64,000 nucleotides of DNA, taken from assembly GCA_934426825.1 (NCBI GenBank), contig CAKRYI010000011.1, forward strand, positions 5,302 through 69,301. Direction: 5' to 3'. Positions 38,361-47,770 of this stretch are shown one piece after another. Both the position numbers and the translations under genes were made by a program. The stretch's first letter is position 1. Every line of letters starts with the position of its first letter. The notes under the pieces were generated by a model. That model saw only the letters and a program-made list of their open reading frames with translations, did not search any database and was not told the DNA's origin. The DNA comes from an uncultured Acetatifactor sp. Lineage in GTDB: Bacteria > Bacillota > Clostridia > Lachnospirales > Lachnospiraceae.

Positions 38361-39638
38361 TCAGCCGGGTTCGGCAATTCTGGTAACTCCCACATAAATA
38401 TCTGAAATTTCATACCATGTGGCATAGTCGGTAATCCCTGTCTGGGGCAGGTTGAAAATACCCTGAAACACTCTGACTGCCTCGGCGGTGGCGGGCCCGT
38501 AAATGCCGTCCGGTGTGACGGAGGGGATTGCCGGATAATTGCGGGCAATGCGGTTTAGCTGGGCCTGGAGCTGCCTTACCTTATCTCCGGAGGAACCGAT
38601 GGTAAGCGGGTAGCCCGGAAAAGAGGATGGAACACCGGAGATTACCTCGGCAGTGTTGATGTACATATCATTTCCGTAAAAATAGCGGATAATTTCTATG
38701 GCAGAATACCCCTGCTCGGACAGGTATTGGGAGCCCCACTGGCTTAAACCGTTGCAGGTTACTCTCTGTCCGTCGCAGTAGGAAGTAAAAATAGGCTGCT
38801 GTACACCCGGTCTTGACAGGTAGTTGGCAAATACCGTGTCCACCAGATAATCAATGTTTTCGTAAACATTGCGCCCATACACCCATTTCTGGTCATAGGC
38901 GGTGGAGGAGGTAATGGTAAAGTCATAGCCCTGATTCCGGTACCACTCCGTATATACTCTGTTCAGCGTAAAGGACATAATCACTAAAATATTGGCATAC
39001 AATGCGCTTTCCGACCATGTGGAATAAATCTCGCAGGAGGCAACATTTTTGATGTAATCTTTGTATCGCACCCAGTAGTTGGAGGCGGTGGGGTCACTGG
39101 GAACACCGTCATGCACGATGACATATTCCGGAATTACCACACGGCTTAAGACAATTTCCCCCGTCTCTGCCATGGGCTTGATTTCGTCCTCCGGTATTTT
39201 CGGGGGATATTCCCCGAAAAGGGTGTGGGCGGGAATAATCACAACTTTTTCTTCCTCCTCCGTCGTGGCAAGAGGATTCATGCGGATGGGCTGCAGGGAC
39301 AACTGGTCGGCAAAGATTTCCGAACCGGATACCAGCACCGGCTCATAACCGGGAGCCGTCACCAAAAGATTGTATTCCGAGTAAGGCTGCTGTTCGGTGT
39401 CCGGGGTCAGGGACAAATTCAGGGGAGGAGCCGGGAGCTCCACGGTAGGCGTCTGACCGGAAATGTCGGTGGTAAGTGTTTCGATAGGAGAATCGGGGTC
39501 GCCGGTGTAGGAGATGACAACGGTTGCACCCTCAACAGGAATCAGATTGATGGCAGATACCACGCTGATTTTCATGGCGCCGGCATAAGCTGCATCAATC
39601 GGTTCCGGTTCCTGTGTAATATGAATGGATTCAGGCAT
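38361..39638 (-). CDS. SpoIID/LytB-domain protein with N-terminal beta-sandwich (carboxypeptidase-regulatory-like) and C-terminal peptidoglycan-binding domain
   Basis: The middle region has SpoIID-like motifs (…ESALYANILVIMSFTLNRVY…GYDFTITSSTAYDQKWVYG…). The C-terminus has a PG_binding_1-like helix pair (KVRQLQAQLNRIARNYPAIPSVTPDGIYGPATAEAVRVFQ). SD AACGGAG. Confidence 0.6.
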   Translation of the reverse strand: MPESIHITQEPEPIDAAYAGAMKISVVSAINLIPVEGATVVISYTGDPDSPIETLTTDISGQTPTVELPAPPLNLSLTPDTEQQPYSEYNLLVTAPGYEPVLVSGSEIFADQLSLQPIRMNPLATTEEEEKVVIIPAHTLFGEYPPKIPEDEIKPMAETGEIVLSRVVIPEYVIVHDGVPSDPTASNYWVRYKDYIKNVASCEIYSTWSESALYANILVIMSFTLNRVYTEWYRNQGYDFTITSSTAYDQKWVYGRNVYENIDYLVDTVFANYLSRPGVQQPIFTSYCDGQRVTCNGLSQWGSQYLSEQGYSAIEIIRYFYGNDMYINTAEVISGVPSSFPGYPLTIGSSGDKVRQLQAQLNRIARNYPAIPSVTPDGIYGPATAEAVRVFQGIFNLPQTGITDYATWYEISDIYVGVTRIAEPG

Positions 39639-39840
39639 ATAGTACTCCGTTTTTTGCTGCCAGACCGGCGGGAAAAGCCAGGGGTGACAGCTATAGATTC
39701 ATTTTCGTTACCGTATCTATATGAAAAAAAGTAAAAAAATATGAAAATGGTGTTGACGAATCGGAAAAATGAGTATATTATTGTACTATGCTATTAATAC
39801 AGATAGAACAGAAGCATTATAAACGGAAAGGAAGGAGAAT

Positions 39841-40218
39841 ATGGCGTGGAATTTAGATGCGGACAGACCGGTTTATACCCAGCTTGTTGAGCGGATTCAG
39901 ATGCAGATTGTGTCAGGGCATTACGCACCCGGCGAGAAACTTCCAAGTGTCAGGGAACTGGCGATGGTGGCAGCGGTGAACCCCAACACAATGCAGCGCG
40001 CATTGTCGGAACTGGAGCGGACAGGACTTGTCATTACGCAGAGAACAAATGGCAGAAATGTCACAGAAGATGTGGAACTGATTCAGAATATCCGAAACAA
40101 ACTTGCAAAAGAGCTGATGACAGATTTCTTCGGAAAGATGACAGAGCTGGGGTACTCGCAGGAGGAAACTTTGGATTTGATTCATGGAACTTATGAGCAG
40201 GGAAAGGGAGAGAGGTAA
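39841..40218 (+). CDS. GntR-family transcriptional regulator (YtrA-like, short)
   Basis: 125 aa with a winged HTH (KLPSVRELAMVAAVNPNTMQRALSELERTGLVITQRTNG). Directly followed by ABC ATPase and ABC-2 permease genes. Confidence 0.8.
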   Translation: MAWNLDADRPVYTQLVERIQMQIVSGHYAPGEKLPSVRELAMVAAVNPNTMQRALSELERTGLVITQRTNGRNVTEDVELIQNIRNKLAKELMTDFFGKMTELGYSQEETLDLIHGTYEQGKGER

Positions 40219-40224
40219 CTATTT

Positions 40225-40926
40225 ATGAACGGATTAGTGGAAATCGTGGGACTGACAAAAGCATATAATGCGAACACGATTGCAGTAAACAATGTCACAC
40301 TGACACTTCCCAAGGGAAAGATTATCGGTCTTTTGGGGCCCAACGGAAGCGGCAAAACAACGTTGATTAAGATGATGAACGGACTTTTGAAGCCGACGGC
40401 GGGAAGCATAAAGATTGCCGGTTACGAGGTTGGAACGGAGAGCAAAGCCCACGTGGCATATCTGCCGGACAGAACCTATCTGGCAGGAGGACAGAGCATT
40501 AATGAAATCCTGAATTTCTTTCAGGCGTTCTATGCTGATTTTTCAAAAGAAAAGGCGATGGAAATGTTACAGAGCCTGAACATCAGTCCGGATGCCAAAA
40601 TGAAAACTTTGTCCAAAGGTACAAAGGAAAAGGTACAGCTTATTCTGGTGATGAGCCGTCAGGCTGACCTCTATGTGCTGGATGAGCCGATTGCCGGAGT
40701 GGATCCCGCAGCGAGGGATTATATTCTTAGAACCATTATTAACAACTATAATTCGAATGCCACGGTACTGATTTCCACGCATTTAATCAGCGATATTGAA
40801 CCGGTGCTGGACGAGGTGATTTTTATGAAATACGGACACATGGTGCTGTACACCTCCGTTGACAATATCAGGGAACAAAAGGGAAAATCTGTGGACGCAT
40901 ATTTCAGGGAGGTGTTTGCATGTTAG
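40225..40926 (+). CDS. ABC transporter ATP-binding protein
   Basis: Walker A GPNGSGKTT, ABC signature LSKGTKEKVQL, and Walker B LYVLDEP. Confidence 0.9.
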   Translation: MNGLVEIVGLTKAYNANTIAVNNVTLTLPKGKIIGLLGPNGSGKTTLIKMMNGLLKPTAGSIKIAGYEVGTESKAHVAYLPDRTYLAGGQSINEILNFFQAFYADFSKEKAMEMLQSLNISPDAKMKTLSKGTKEKVQLILVMSRQADLYVLDEPIAGVDPAARDYILRTIINNYNSNATVLISTHLISDIEPVLDEVIFMKYGHMVLYTSVDNIREQKGKSVDAYFREVFAC

Positions 40927-41786
40927 GAAAGTTGATAAAATACGAATGGAAGAGCGTGTACAAGATTGGCTGTGTTCTTCTTTTGACGATATTTGCAGTT
41001 ACGCTGTTGGGAAGCATTATGATGAGGATGCCTTTTGTGACGGATGTGTTCGCTGCTACAAACGGAACCGGCTACGCCAGTGACCAGCAGGCGTTTATCA
41101 CTCTTTTTGGCATGATAATAAGTTTTGTGTTGTATGTTCTTTTACTTGTAGGAACGATATACGGCATTACCATTTATTTAGGCGTTCATTTTTACAAGAC
41201 CATGTATACGGATGAAGGGTATCTGATTCACACCCTTCCTGTTACACCACATCAGATTCTGGTTAGTAAGATTCTGGTAGGCGGACTGTGGCAGATCATC
41301 ATTAACGTTGCGATGGTTCTCTCGGTGGCGGTACTGGCTACCGTGTTTGCAGGAACCGTTTTCCAGAGTACACATACGGACATGAGCATCTTTGAAGTGT
41401 GGGGGCAAATCGGGGAAGGATTTATGGAACTGGAGTATATGCTCGGTTCCGGAGCGTTCAGTCATTATATCATAGGAATGATACTGATGTTTTTGATAAC
41501 ACCGTTTACCGGTCTCATGACGATGTTCGGTGCCTTTACATTAGGGCAGACGTCCTCAAAGCACAAGGTCATGATGGGAATCCTTTGCTATATCGGTTTG
41601 TTGTTCGGAACCAATCTTCTGAAGGCAATGGTACAGATGCTTATTGCACTTGCTGTGCAGGATATAGACGGCAATACCATTTTGGTGGCACAGAATGACG
41701 CACTGTTAATTGTTTCTGTGATACTCGGTGCCGTGATGTACTTTGTATCCCACCTGATTATCAGCAAACATTTAAATCTTGATTAA
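40920..41786 (+). CDS. ABC-2 type transporter permease
   Basis: 288 aa with 6 hydrophobic helices. Overlaps the ATPase gene stop and lies in the same operon. Confidence 0.7.
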   Translation: MLGKLIKYEWKSVYKIGCVLLLTIFAVTLLGSIMMRMPFVTDVFAATNGTGYASDQQAFITLFGMIISFVLYVLLLVGTIYGITIYLGVHFYKTMYTDEGYLIHTLPVTPHQILVSKILVGGLWQIIINVAMVLSVAVLATVFAGTVFQSTHTDMSIFEVWGQIGEGFMELEYMLGSGAFSHYIIGMILMFLITPFTGLMTMFGAFTLGQTSSKHKVMMGILCYIGLLFGTNLLKAMVQMLIALAVQDIDGNTILVAQNDALLIVSVILGAVMYFVSHLIISKHLNLD

Positions 41787-41949
41787 AATACGAACACTTT
41801 TGAATGAATATTCAAAGATGGAGCGGACAACGTGGCAATACGGTCCGCTCTGTTTTGCATTCTTTGTTTTTCGTGAAAATAATTTGCCCTATGTGTGATA
41901 ATTTGGTATAATCGAATTATATATTGGACAAAAGCGGGTGAGTGTATTA

Positions 41950-44900
41950 ATGCAGGAGATTATTAATCGAATTTTAGAGGGAAACTTCGATTATGAGAAT
42001 GGTTCTCTTGATTTTTCATGCGCAAAAATCGAAATAAATATCCCCGCCGGAAGTTCTTACGAAGGAACCTTTCATGTGCGCTCCACGCCCGGACAGATTA
42101 CGGACGGCTATATCAGCACCACGGATTTGCGTATGGAGTGCCTCACACCGGAGTTTGTGGGAAGCGACGAGGAGATTGCGTTCTGTTTCCATGGCGAGGA
42201 CATGGAAGAGGGCGAAGTCGTAAAAGGTGCCTTTAACGTTATCAGCAATCACGGCGAGTATTATCTGCCGTTTGTGGTGTCTATCGAACATATCGTTTTA
42301 AATTCCTCCATTGGAACCATTAAGAATCTGTTTCATTTTGCGAATCTGGCGAAGAGTAACTGGCAGGAAGCTGTCAAACTGTTCTATTCGCCTGAGTTTG
42401 AGCGCCTTTTTACCGGGAGCGATTCCAAGGTATACGACAGTTACCGGGGATTGGCGGCACATCCGGGAAATGAGCAGAATGTGGAAGAATTTCTGATTCA
42501 GGTAAATAAAAAGCAGAAAGTGGAATTCCTTGCGGAAGAAAAGGAATTGACCATGGAGCTGGCAAACACCGGAAATGTATGCAGGGTGCTGGAAAATGAA
42601 GTTACCATTGTACGGAACGGCTGGGGCTATACAGCGCTGAATGTGGAGTGCGACGGCGATTTCGTTTTCACGGAAAAAACGCTGCTTACGGATGATGATT
42701 TTCTGGGAAACCGGTGCAGACTGCCGGTATTTGTGGACAGCAGTCTCTGCAGACGCGGGAAAAATTTCGGGCAGGTGGTGCTTTACAATTCCTATGTATA
42801 TCTGACGATACCGGTGATGGTAAAAGTCGGTGAGATAGGCAGAGCGGGGCATGCCGATTTGTCCAGACGGCGGATTACCGTGCAGCTTATGGAGTTTTAT
42901 CAGGCTTTCCGCACGAAAAAAATCAGTTCCGCTACATGGATGAAGGAAAGCACAAAACTGGTGGACAGACTGGTGGCAATGGATGAAAACAATGTGCCGG
43001 CAAGACTTTTTCAGGCACAGTTACTCATATCCGAGGAAAGGTACAACGAGGCGGAGTGGCTCTTGGAGCATGCCATGTCTCTGATGGAACAAAGGCAGAT
43101 TGAGGACGACACCTTGCAGGCGTACTACCTGTATCTCACCACGCTGATTCACCGGGATGAAAAATATGTGAAACAGATTACCGACGAGGTAAGGCAGATA
43201 TACCGGAAGCACCATACCAACTGGAGAGTGGCGTGGCTCTTGTTATATCTTGCGGAGGAGTACAATAAGTCCGCCGCCGTCACCTTATCTTTGCTGGAAA
43301 AGCAGTTTTATTACGGGTGCAGCAGTCCCATTTTGTACATAGAGGCGTTATACCTTTTGAACAACAATCCGGCGCTTTTGCGAAAACTGGACGACTTTGA
43401 GTTACAGGTGCTCGGATATGGCGCAAGGCAGCAGATTCTCGGAATGGAACTGGTGGAACAGTTATTGTATCTGACGGGAAAAGTACGGGAGTATTCGCCG
43501 GTGCTTTTAAAGACGCTGTTAAAACTGTATGAAAAGAAAAAGGATGTAAGGGTACTGCAGGAGATTTGTACCCTGTTGATAAAAGGCGGTAAGACGGAAC
43601 ATAAATACTTTGAGTGGTACGAGCGGGGAGTGGAAGCGCAGCTTCGTATTACGAACCTGTACGAATATTATATGATGGCGCTGGATTTGTCGGTGCCCTG
43701 CACCCTGCCGAAAATTCTGCTGATGTATTTTTCCTATCAGAATAACTTGGATTACGAACACAGCGCATACTTGTATTATTATGTGGTACGGCACCGGGAC
43801 GAGATGGCGGAGCTGTACGAAAATTACGGACTGCGCATAGAGCGTTTTGTCATTGACCAGATTCAGAAGCAGCATATCAACCGCAATCTGGCAGGTCTGT
43901 ACCAGACCTTTTTGACACCGGGCATGATTACGCAGGACACGGCGCGGGCGCTGACGAGGATTCTGTTTGCCCACCAGATATGGGTGGAGGATTCCAGACT
44001 GCACAAGGTGATTGTGTATCAGGCGGGCAATCTCGTACCGGAGGAGTACAGCCTGCAGGACAATACGGCATGGGTTGCCCTTTACGGGACGGACTATACG
44101 GTATTGTTTGAGGACGGCTGGGGCAACCGGTTTGCCAAAAGTGTGGATTATACGTTGGAAAAACTGATGATGCCGGGAAAATTTTTGCGCATGATAGTCA
44201 ACTATGACAGGGATTGTCCGGCGTTTGATTTGTATTTGTGCGAGTCGGAGCATTATGACGTCACGGCGGAAAATGTAGAGCGTGCCATCCGTGTGGCGGG
44301 ATTTGACAATATCGCCAACAATATCCGTCAGGAAATCTATCTGAGAATTTTGCAGTATTATTATGATGCGGACGATATGCGGGCGCTGGACGACTATCTT
44401 GAGCAGATTCCGTTTGAGGCGCTTACCATGTCCGAGCGCGGAACCGTGCTGCGATATATGGTGCTGCGCGGAAAATACGACACGGCGTATATGTGGCTGG
44501 AACGGTACGGTCCTTATTTTGCGGACACCAAAACGCTTGTAAGGCTGATTTCCGAAATCATGCAGCGCAATAATATGCTGGAGAACAGGGTACTTACGGC
44601 GGCTGCACTGTATGCTTTCCGAAAAGGAAAATACAACAGCACCGTGCTTTTGTATCTCACCATGTATTTTGAAGGACTGACAAAGGACATGCGGGACATC
44701 TGGAAGGCGGCAAGAGCCTTTGAGGTGGACTGTTACCGGCTGGCGGAGAAGATGATTGTGCAGATGCTTTACTCCGGCGCGTTTGTGGGAGAGAAAGCGG
44801 ATGTGTTCCGCTATTATGTGTCGCAGGGAGCAAAGCAGGACGTCGAGGAGGCATTTTTGATGCAGTGCGCTTACGACTGCTTTGTGCGGGAAAAAATAAC

Positions 44901-45519
44901 GGACAGCTATATTTTTCAGGAAATCCGTTATTCCTATCTGCGCGGGGAAGAGGTTTCCTTGGTATGTAAACTGGCGTACTTAAAATATTTTTCCGAAAAT
45001 CAGGCGGAAATAGCGCCGGAGGACAAGCCTCTTATCGGAGATTTTTTAGGGGAAATGTTAGGGAAAAACATTCACCTGAATTTCTTCCGGGAATTGAAGG
45101 ACTTTAGTTATCTGACAAGGGTGATGGGAGACAAGACCATTATCGAATACCGGACAAAGCCGGGCGGGAAGGCACGTATCCACTATGTGGTGATGAACGA
45201 GCGCGGCGAGGCGGCGGAATATCTGTCGGAATATATGGTGGATGTGTACGGCGGCGTGTGCTTTAAAGATTTTGTGCTGTTTTTCGGAGAGACCCTGCAG
45301 TATTACATTACGGAGGAAAACGACGGCAAGGAACAGCTTACGGAGAGCGGCAATATCCAGGAGAGCGACATTGTAAACGACAGCCACGGAAACCGCTACG
45401 AGCTGATTAACGATATGGTAATCAGCAAGACCCTGCAGGATTACGACACGCTGGACAAGCTGATGGAGGATTATTTCCGCAAAGAGAGCTGGAATAAAAA
45501 ACTGTTCCGCCTGCTGTAA
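41950..45519 (+). CDS. Large hypothetical protein (about 1189 aa): N-terminal beta-rich region plus long alpha-helical repeat (TPR/ARM-like) body. No recognisable catalytic motif.
   Basis: Long intact ORF with consistent codon usage. The ATG at 41950 is preceded by GGGTGAG. The GTG at 41938 is also possible. It is the first gene of a tight four-gene same-strand block (gaps 88, 13, 8 nt). Confidence 0.7.
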   Translation: MQEIINRILEGNFDYENGSLDFSCAKIEINIPAGSSYEGTFHVRSTPGQITDGYISTTDLRMECLTPEFVGSDEEIAFCFHGEDMEEGEVVKGAFNVISNHGEYYLPFVVSIEHIVLNSSIGTIKNLFHFANLAKSNWQEAVKLFYSPEFERLFTGSDSKVYDSYRGLAAHPGNEQNVEEFLIQVNKKQKVEFLAEEKELTMELANTGNVCRVLENEVTIVRNGWGYTALNVECDGDFVFTEKTLLTDDDFLGNRCRLPVFVDSSLCRRGKNFGQVVLYNSYVYLTIPVMVKVGEIGRAGHADLSRRRITVQLMEFYQAFRTKKISSATWMKESTKLVDRLVAMDENNVPARLFQAQLLISEERYNEAEWLLEHAMSLMEQRQIEDDTLQAYYLYLTTLIHRDEKYVKQITDEVRQIYRKHHTNWRVAWLLLYLAEEYNKSAAVTLSLLEKQFYYGCSSPILYIEALYLLNNNPALLRKLDDFELQVLGYGARQQILGMELVEQLLYLTGKVREYSPVLLKTLLKLYEKKKDVRVLQEICTLLIKGGKTEHKYFEWYERGVEAQLRITNLYEYYMMALDLSVPCTLPKILLMYFSYQNNLDYEHSAYLYYYVVRHRDEMAELYENYGLRIERFVIDQIQKQHINRNLAGLYQTFLTPGMITQDTARALTRILFAHQIWVEDSRLHKVIVYQAGNLVPEEYSLQDNTAWVALYGTDYTVLFEDGWGNRFAKSVDYTLEKLMMPGKFLRMIVNYDRDCPAFDLYLCESEHYDVTAENVERAIRVAGFDNIANNIRQEIYLRILQYYYDADDMRALDDYLEQIPFEALTMSERGTVLRYMVLRGKYDTAYMWLERYGPYFADTKTLVRLISEIMQRNNMLENRVLTAAALYAFRKGKYNSTVLLYLTMYFEGLTKDMRDIWKAARAFEVDCYRLAEKMIVQMLYSGAFVGEKADVFRYYVSQGAKQDVEEAFLMQCAYDCFVREKITDSYIFQEIRYSYLRGEEVSLVCKLAYLKYFSENQAEIAPEDKPLIGDFLGEMLGKNIHLNFFRELKDFSYLTRVMGDKTIIEYRTKPGGKARIHYVVMNERGEAAEYLSEYMVDVYGGVCFKDFVLFFGETLQYYITEENDGKEQLTESGNIQESDIVNDSHGNRYELINDMVISKTLQDYDTLDKLMEDYFRKESWNKKLFRLL

Positions 45520-45607
45520 GAACAGAAGTGAGGGCATTTGCAATAAGGGTGCCATAAAAACAGAAGAGACGTAAAAGACAGAAGAGCCGGGAAAGGAGGG
45601 GAGCGGC

Positions 45608-46891
45608 ATGCTGAAACTGGGAAACGGTGAAAAATTATATGTGGGATATGATTTGGGAGACGACTACTCGCAAATCAGTTTTTGTACCCGGACGGGAGAG
45701 GTGGAGACGCTCTCCTTGGTGGCGGGAACGGAAAATTTCAATATTCCCACCGTGCTCTGCAAACGAGAGGGCGTCAACCAGTGGTTTTACGGCAGGGAGG
45801 CGCTTCGGTATGCGGAGAACAATCAGGGAATTTTATTGAAAAATGTGCTTTCCATGGCGGTGGACGGGGAATCGGTTCAGGTGGAGGGAAAAACATTAGA
45901 CCCGGTGGCGCTTCTGACGCTGTTTGTCAAAAGAAGTCTCGGACTTTTGTCGCAGGTATCTTCCCCCGATAAAATCGACATGCTGATGTTTACCTGTGAA
46001 ACGCTGAACCACCGGATGCTGGAGGTGCTGTCGCAGGTGGCGGCGGGACTGAAGCTGAAACCGGAGCAGGTATGTTTTCAGAGCCATACGGAGAGTTTCT
46101 ATAATTATATGATTCATCAGCCGGAGGAATTGTGGAATTACCCGGTGCTTTTGTGTGACTATCGGGAGAACCATATCACGGTGTACCGCATGGAGTGCAA
46201 TAAGCGGACAACCCCTGTTGTTGTATATATCGGCAACCGGGAGTATGCTTTCCCGGCGTATCAGCCCATGCCGGAGGCGGAGACGCTGCGCCGTGAAAAG
46301 ATGGAGCGGCTGGACAGTGAATTTCTGCACCTTATGACGGATGTGTGTCAGAGCGGAATGTTGTCTGCGGTGTATTTGATTGGCGAGGATTACTCGGAGG
46401 AATGGATGAAGGAATCCCTGCGGTTTTTGTGCAGGGGACGGAGAGTTTTTCAGGGAAACAATCTGTACAGCAAGGGAGCCTGCTACGGCATACAGGAGCG
46501 GCAGTCTGCCAGTGAGGCGGGAAAGAGCCATGTATTTTTGGGTAATGACAAGCTGAAAGCCAATGTGGGAATGAAGATTTTGCGCAGGGGCGAGGAATCG
46601 TATTTTGCGCTTTTGGATGCGGGAGTGAACTGGTTTGAGGCGGAGCAGACCATGGAGTGCTATCTGCAGGACGGCAATTCCGTTGAGTTTGTGATAACTC
46701 CCCTGATTGGCAAAAAAGGAAGAGTCGTGCAGATGACGCTGGACGATTTACAGGGCAGTATCAACAGGCTGAGGGTACGGCTTTATATGAAGGAAGAGAG
46801 CAAGATGGCGGTGGAGATAACGGATTTGGGATTCGGCGAAATCCGTCCGGCAAGCTATCATTTGTGGAGAGAAGAAATCGGATTATACTAG
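45608..46891 (+). CDS. Hsp70/actin-fold (ASKHA) protein with degenerate nucleotide-binding motifs, a likely pseudo-ATPase
   Basis: N-terminal phosphate-1-like YVGYDLGDDYSQISF (Hsp70 IGIDLGTTNSCVAV). VLLCDYRENHITVYRM stands in place of phosphate-2 DLGGGTFDVSIL, with the GGG lost. SAVYLIGEDY stands in place of the adenosine motif. Strong SD GGAAAGGAGGGGAG. Confidence 0.55.
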   Translation: MLKLGNGEKLYVGYDLGDDYSQISFCTRTGEVETLSLVAGTENFNIPTVLCKREGVNQWFYGREALRYAENNQGILLKNVLSMAVDGESVQVEGKTLDPVALLTLFVKRSLGLLSQVSSPDKIDMLMFTCETLNHRMLEVLSQVAAGLKLKPEQVCFQSHTESFYNYMIHQPEELWNYPVLLCDYRENHITVYRMECNKRTTPVVVYIGNREYAFPAYQPMPEAETLRREKMERLDSEFLHLMTDVCQSGMLSAVYLIGEDYSEEWMKESLRFLCRGRRVFQGNNLYSKGACYGIQERQSASEAGKSHVFLGNDKLKANVGMKILRRGEESYFALLDAGVNWFEAEQTMECYLQDGNSVEFVITPLIGKKGRVVQMTLDDLQGSINRLRVRLYMKEESKMAVEITDLGFGEIRPASYHLWREEIGLY

Positions 46892-46904
46892 AGGATGCGG
46901 TGAG

Positions 46905-47762
46905 ATGATGCGTATAAGTGTCTGTGTCGGAGAATATGCAAAAATTCCATATTGTATTGCCGGACTGGAAATCCCTGTGTACTGCATGGAGGAGCTGTGT
47001 TACTGTCTGCGGGAAAATGCGTTTTTGTTGGATACAACGCTGATGGAAGATTCTCTGGTGAACTGGATTGGCGAGGAGTGCGGTTTGACGGAGCTTGCAC
47101 AGGAATTATATCCCATGGTCCGCAAACAGGGCTCGCTGAGCGCTTTCGTGTCACTGATTCTGGAATATGTGGGACTGTACAGCCATGACATCATCCGCAA
47201 TGTGGAGCAGGTATTGAAGGAAGGTTCCGGACTCAGCGGAATGGAAAAGCGGAAGAACCAGATAGATTATCTTGTGCGGAAGGGAAAATATCCGCTGGCG
47301 GTGCACCGGTACGACATTCTCCTTTCAGGATGGCAGGAGGATGAGGGGCAGGACGCAAAACAGCCCGGATACAAGGTGAAGGCGGGAATTTTGCATAACA
47401 AGGGCGTGTCGTTGACCGGAATGATGGAATACATGGCGGCGGCGGACTGCTTTTTGGAGGCGTACGAGACAGACCGTGACCCAGAGCATTACAGGGCATA
47501 TCTGGCGGCAAAGCGCACGGGGATGAGTGAGGAGGAGTATCTGTCCTTTGTGGCGGAACAGCCGGACAGCTACGAGGAATCGCTGGAACTGGAAAAGGAA
47601 ATTGAGAGAATGGAAGGGGAATTCAGGGATACGGAAGCGGGAAGAAAGCTGGCGGATTTGAGAGAATGGAGAGCCGGCGGCGACAAGCAGAAGTATTATG
47701 AGGAAGTGGAACGGATTACATGCCTGATGAAAGAAAATTATCGAAACAGCGGGGATGAGTAG
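46905..47762 (+). CDS. Hypothetical protein (285 aa), third gene of the block
   Basis: Intact ORF 13 nt after the previous stop with an SD present. Cys-rich N-terminus (CVGEYAKIPYCIAGLEIPVYCMEELCYC) and acidic C-terminus. No family recognised. Confidence 0.55.
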   Translation: MMRISVCVGEYAKIPYCIAGLEIPVYCMEELCYCLRENAFLLDTTLMEDSLVNWIGEECGLTELAQELYPMVRKQGSLSAFVSLILEYVGLYSHDIIRNVEQVLKEGSGLSGMEKRKNQIDYLVRKGKYPLAVHRYDILLSGWQEDEGQDAKQPGYKVKAGILHNKGVSLTGMMEYMAAADCFLEAYETDRDPEHYRAYLAAKRTGMSEEEYLSFVAEQPDSYEESLELEKEIERMEGEFRDTEAGRKLADLREWRAGGDKQKYYEEVERITCLMKENYRNSGDE

Positions 47763-47770
47763 GAGACCAT

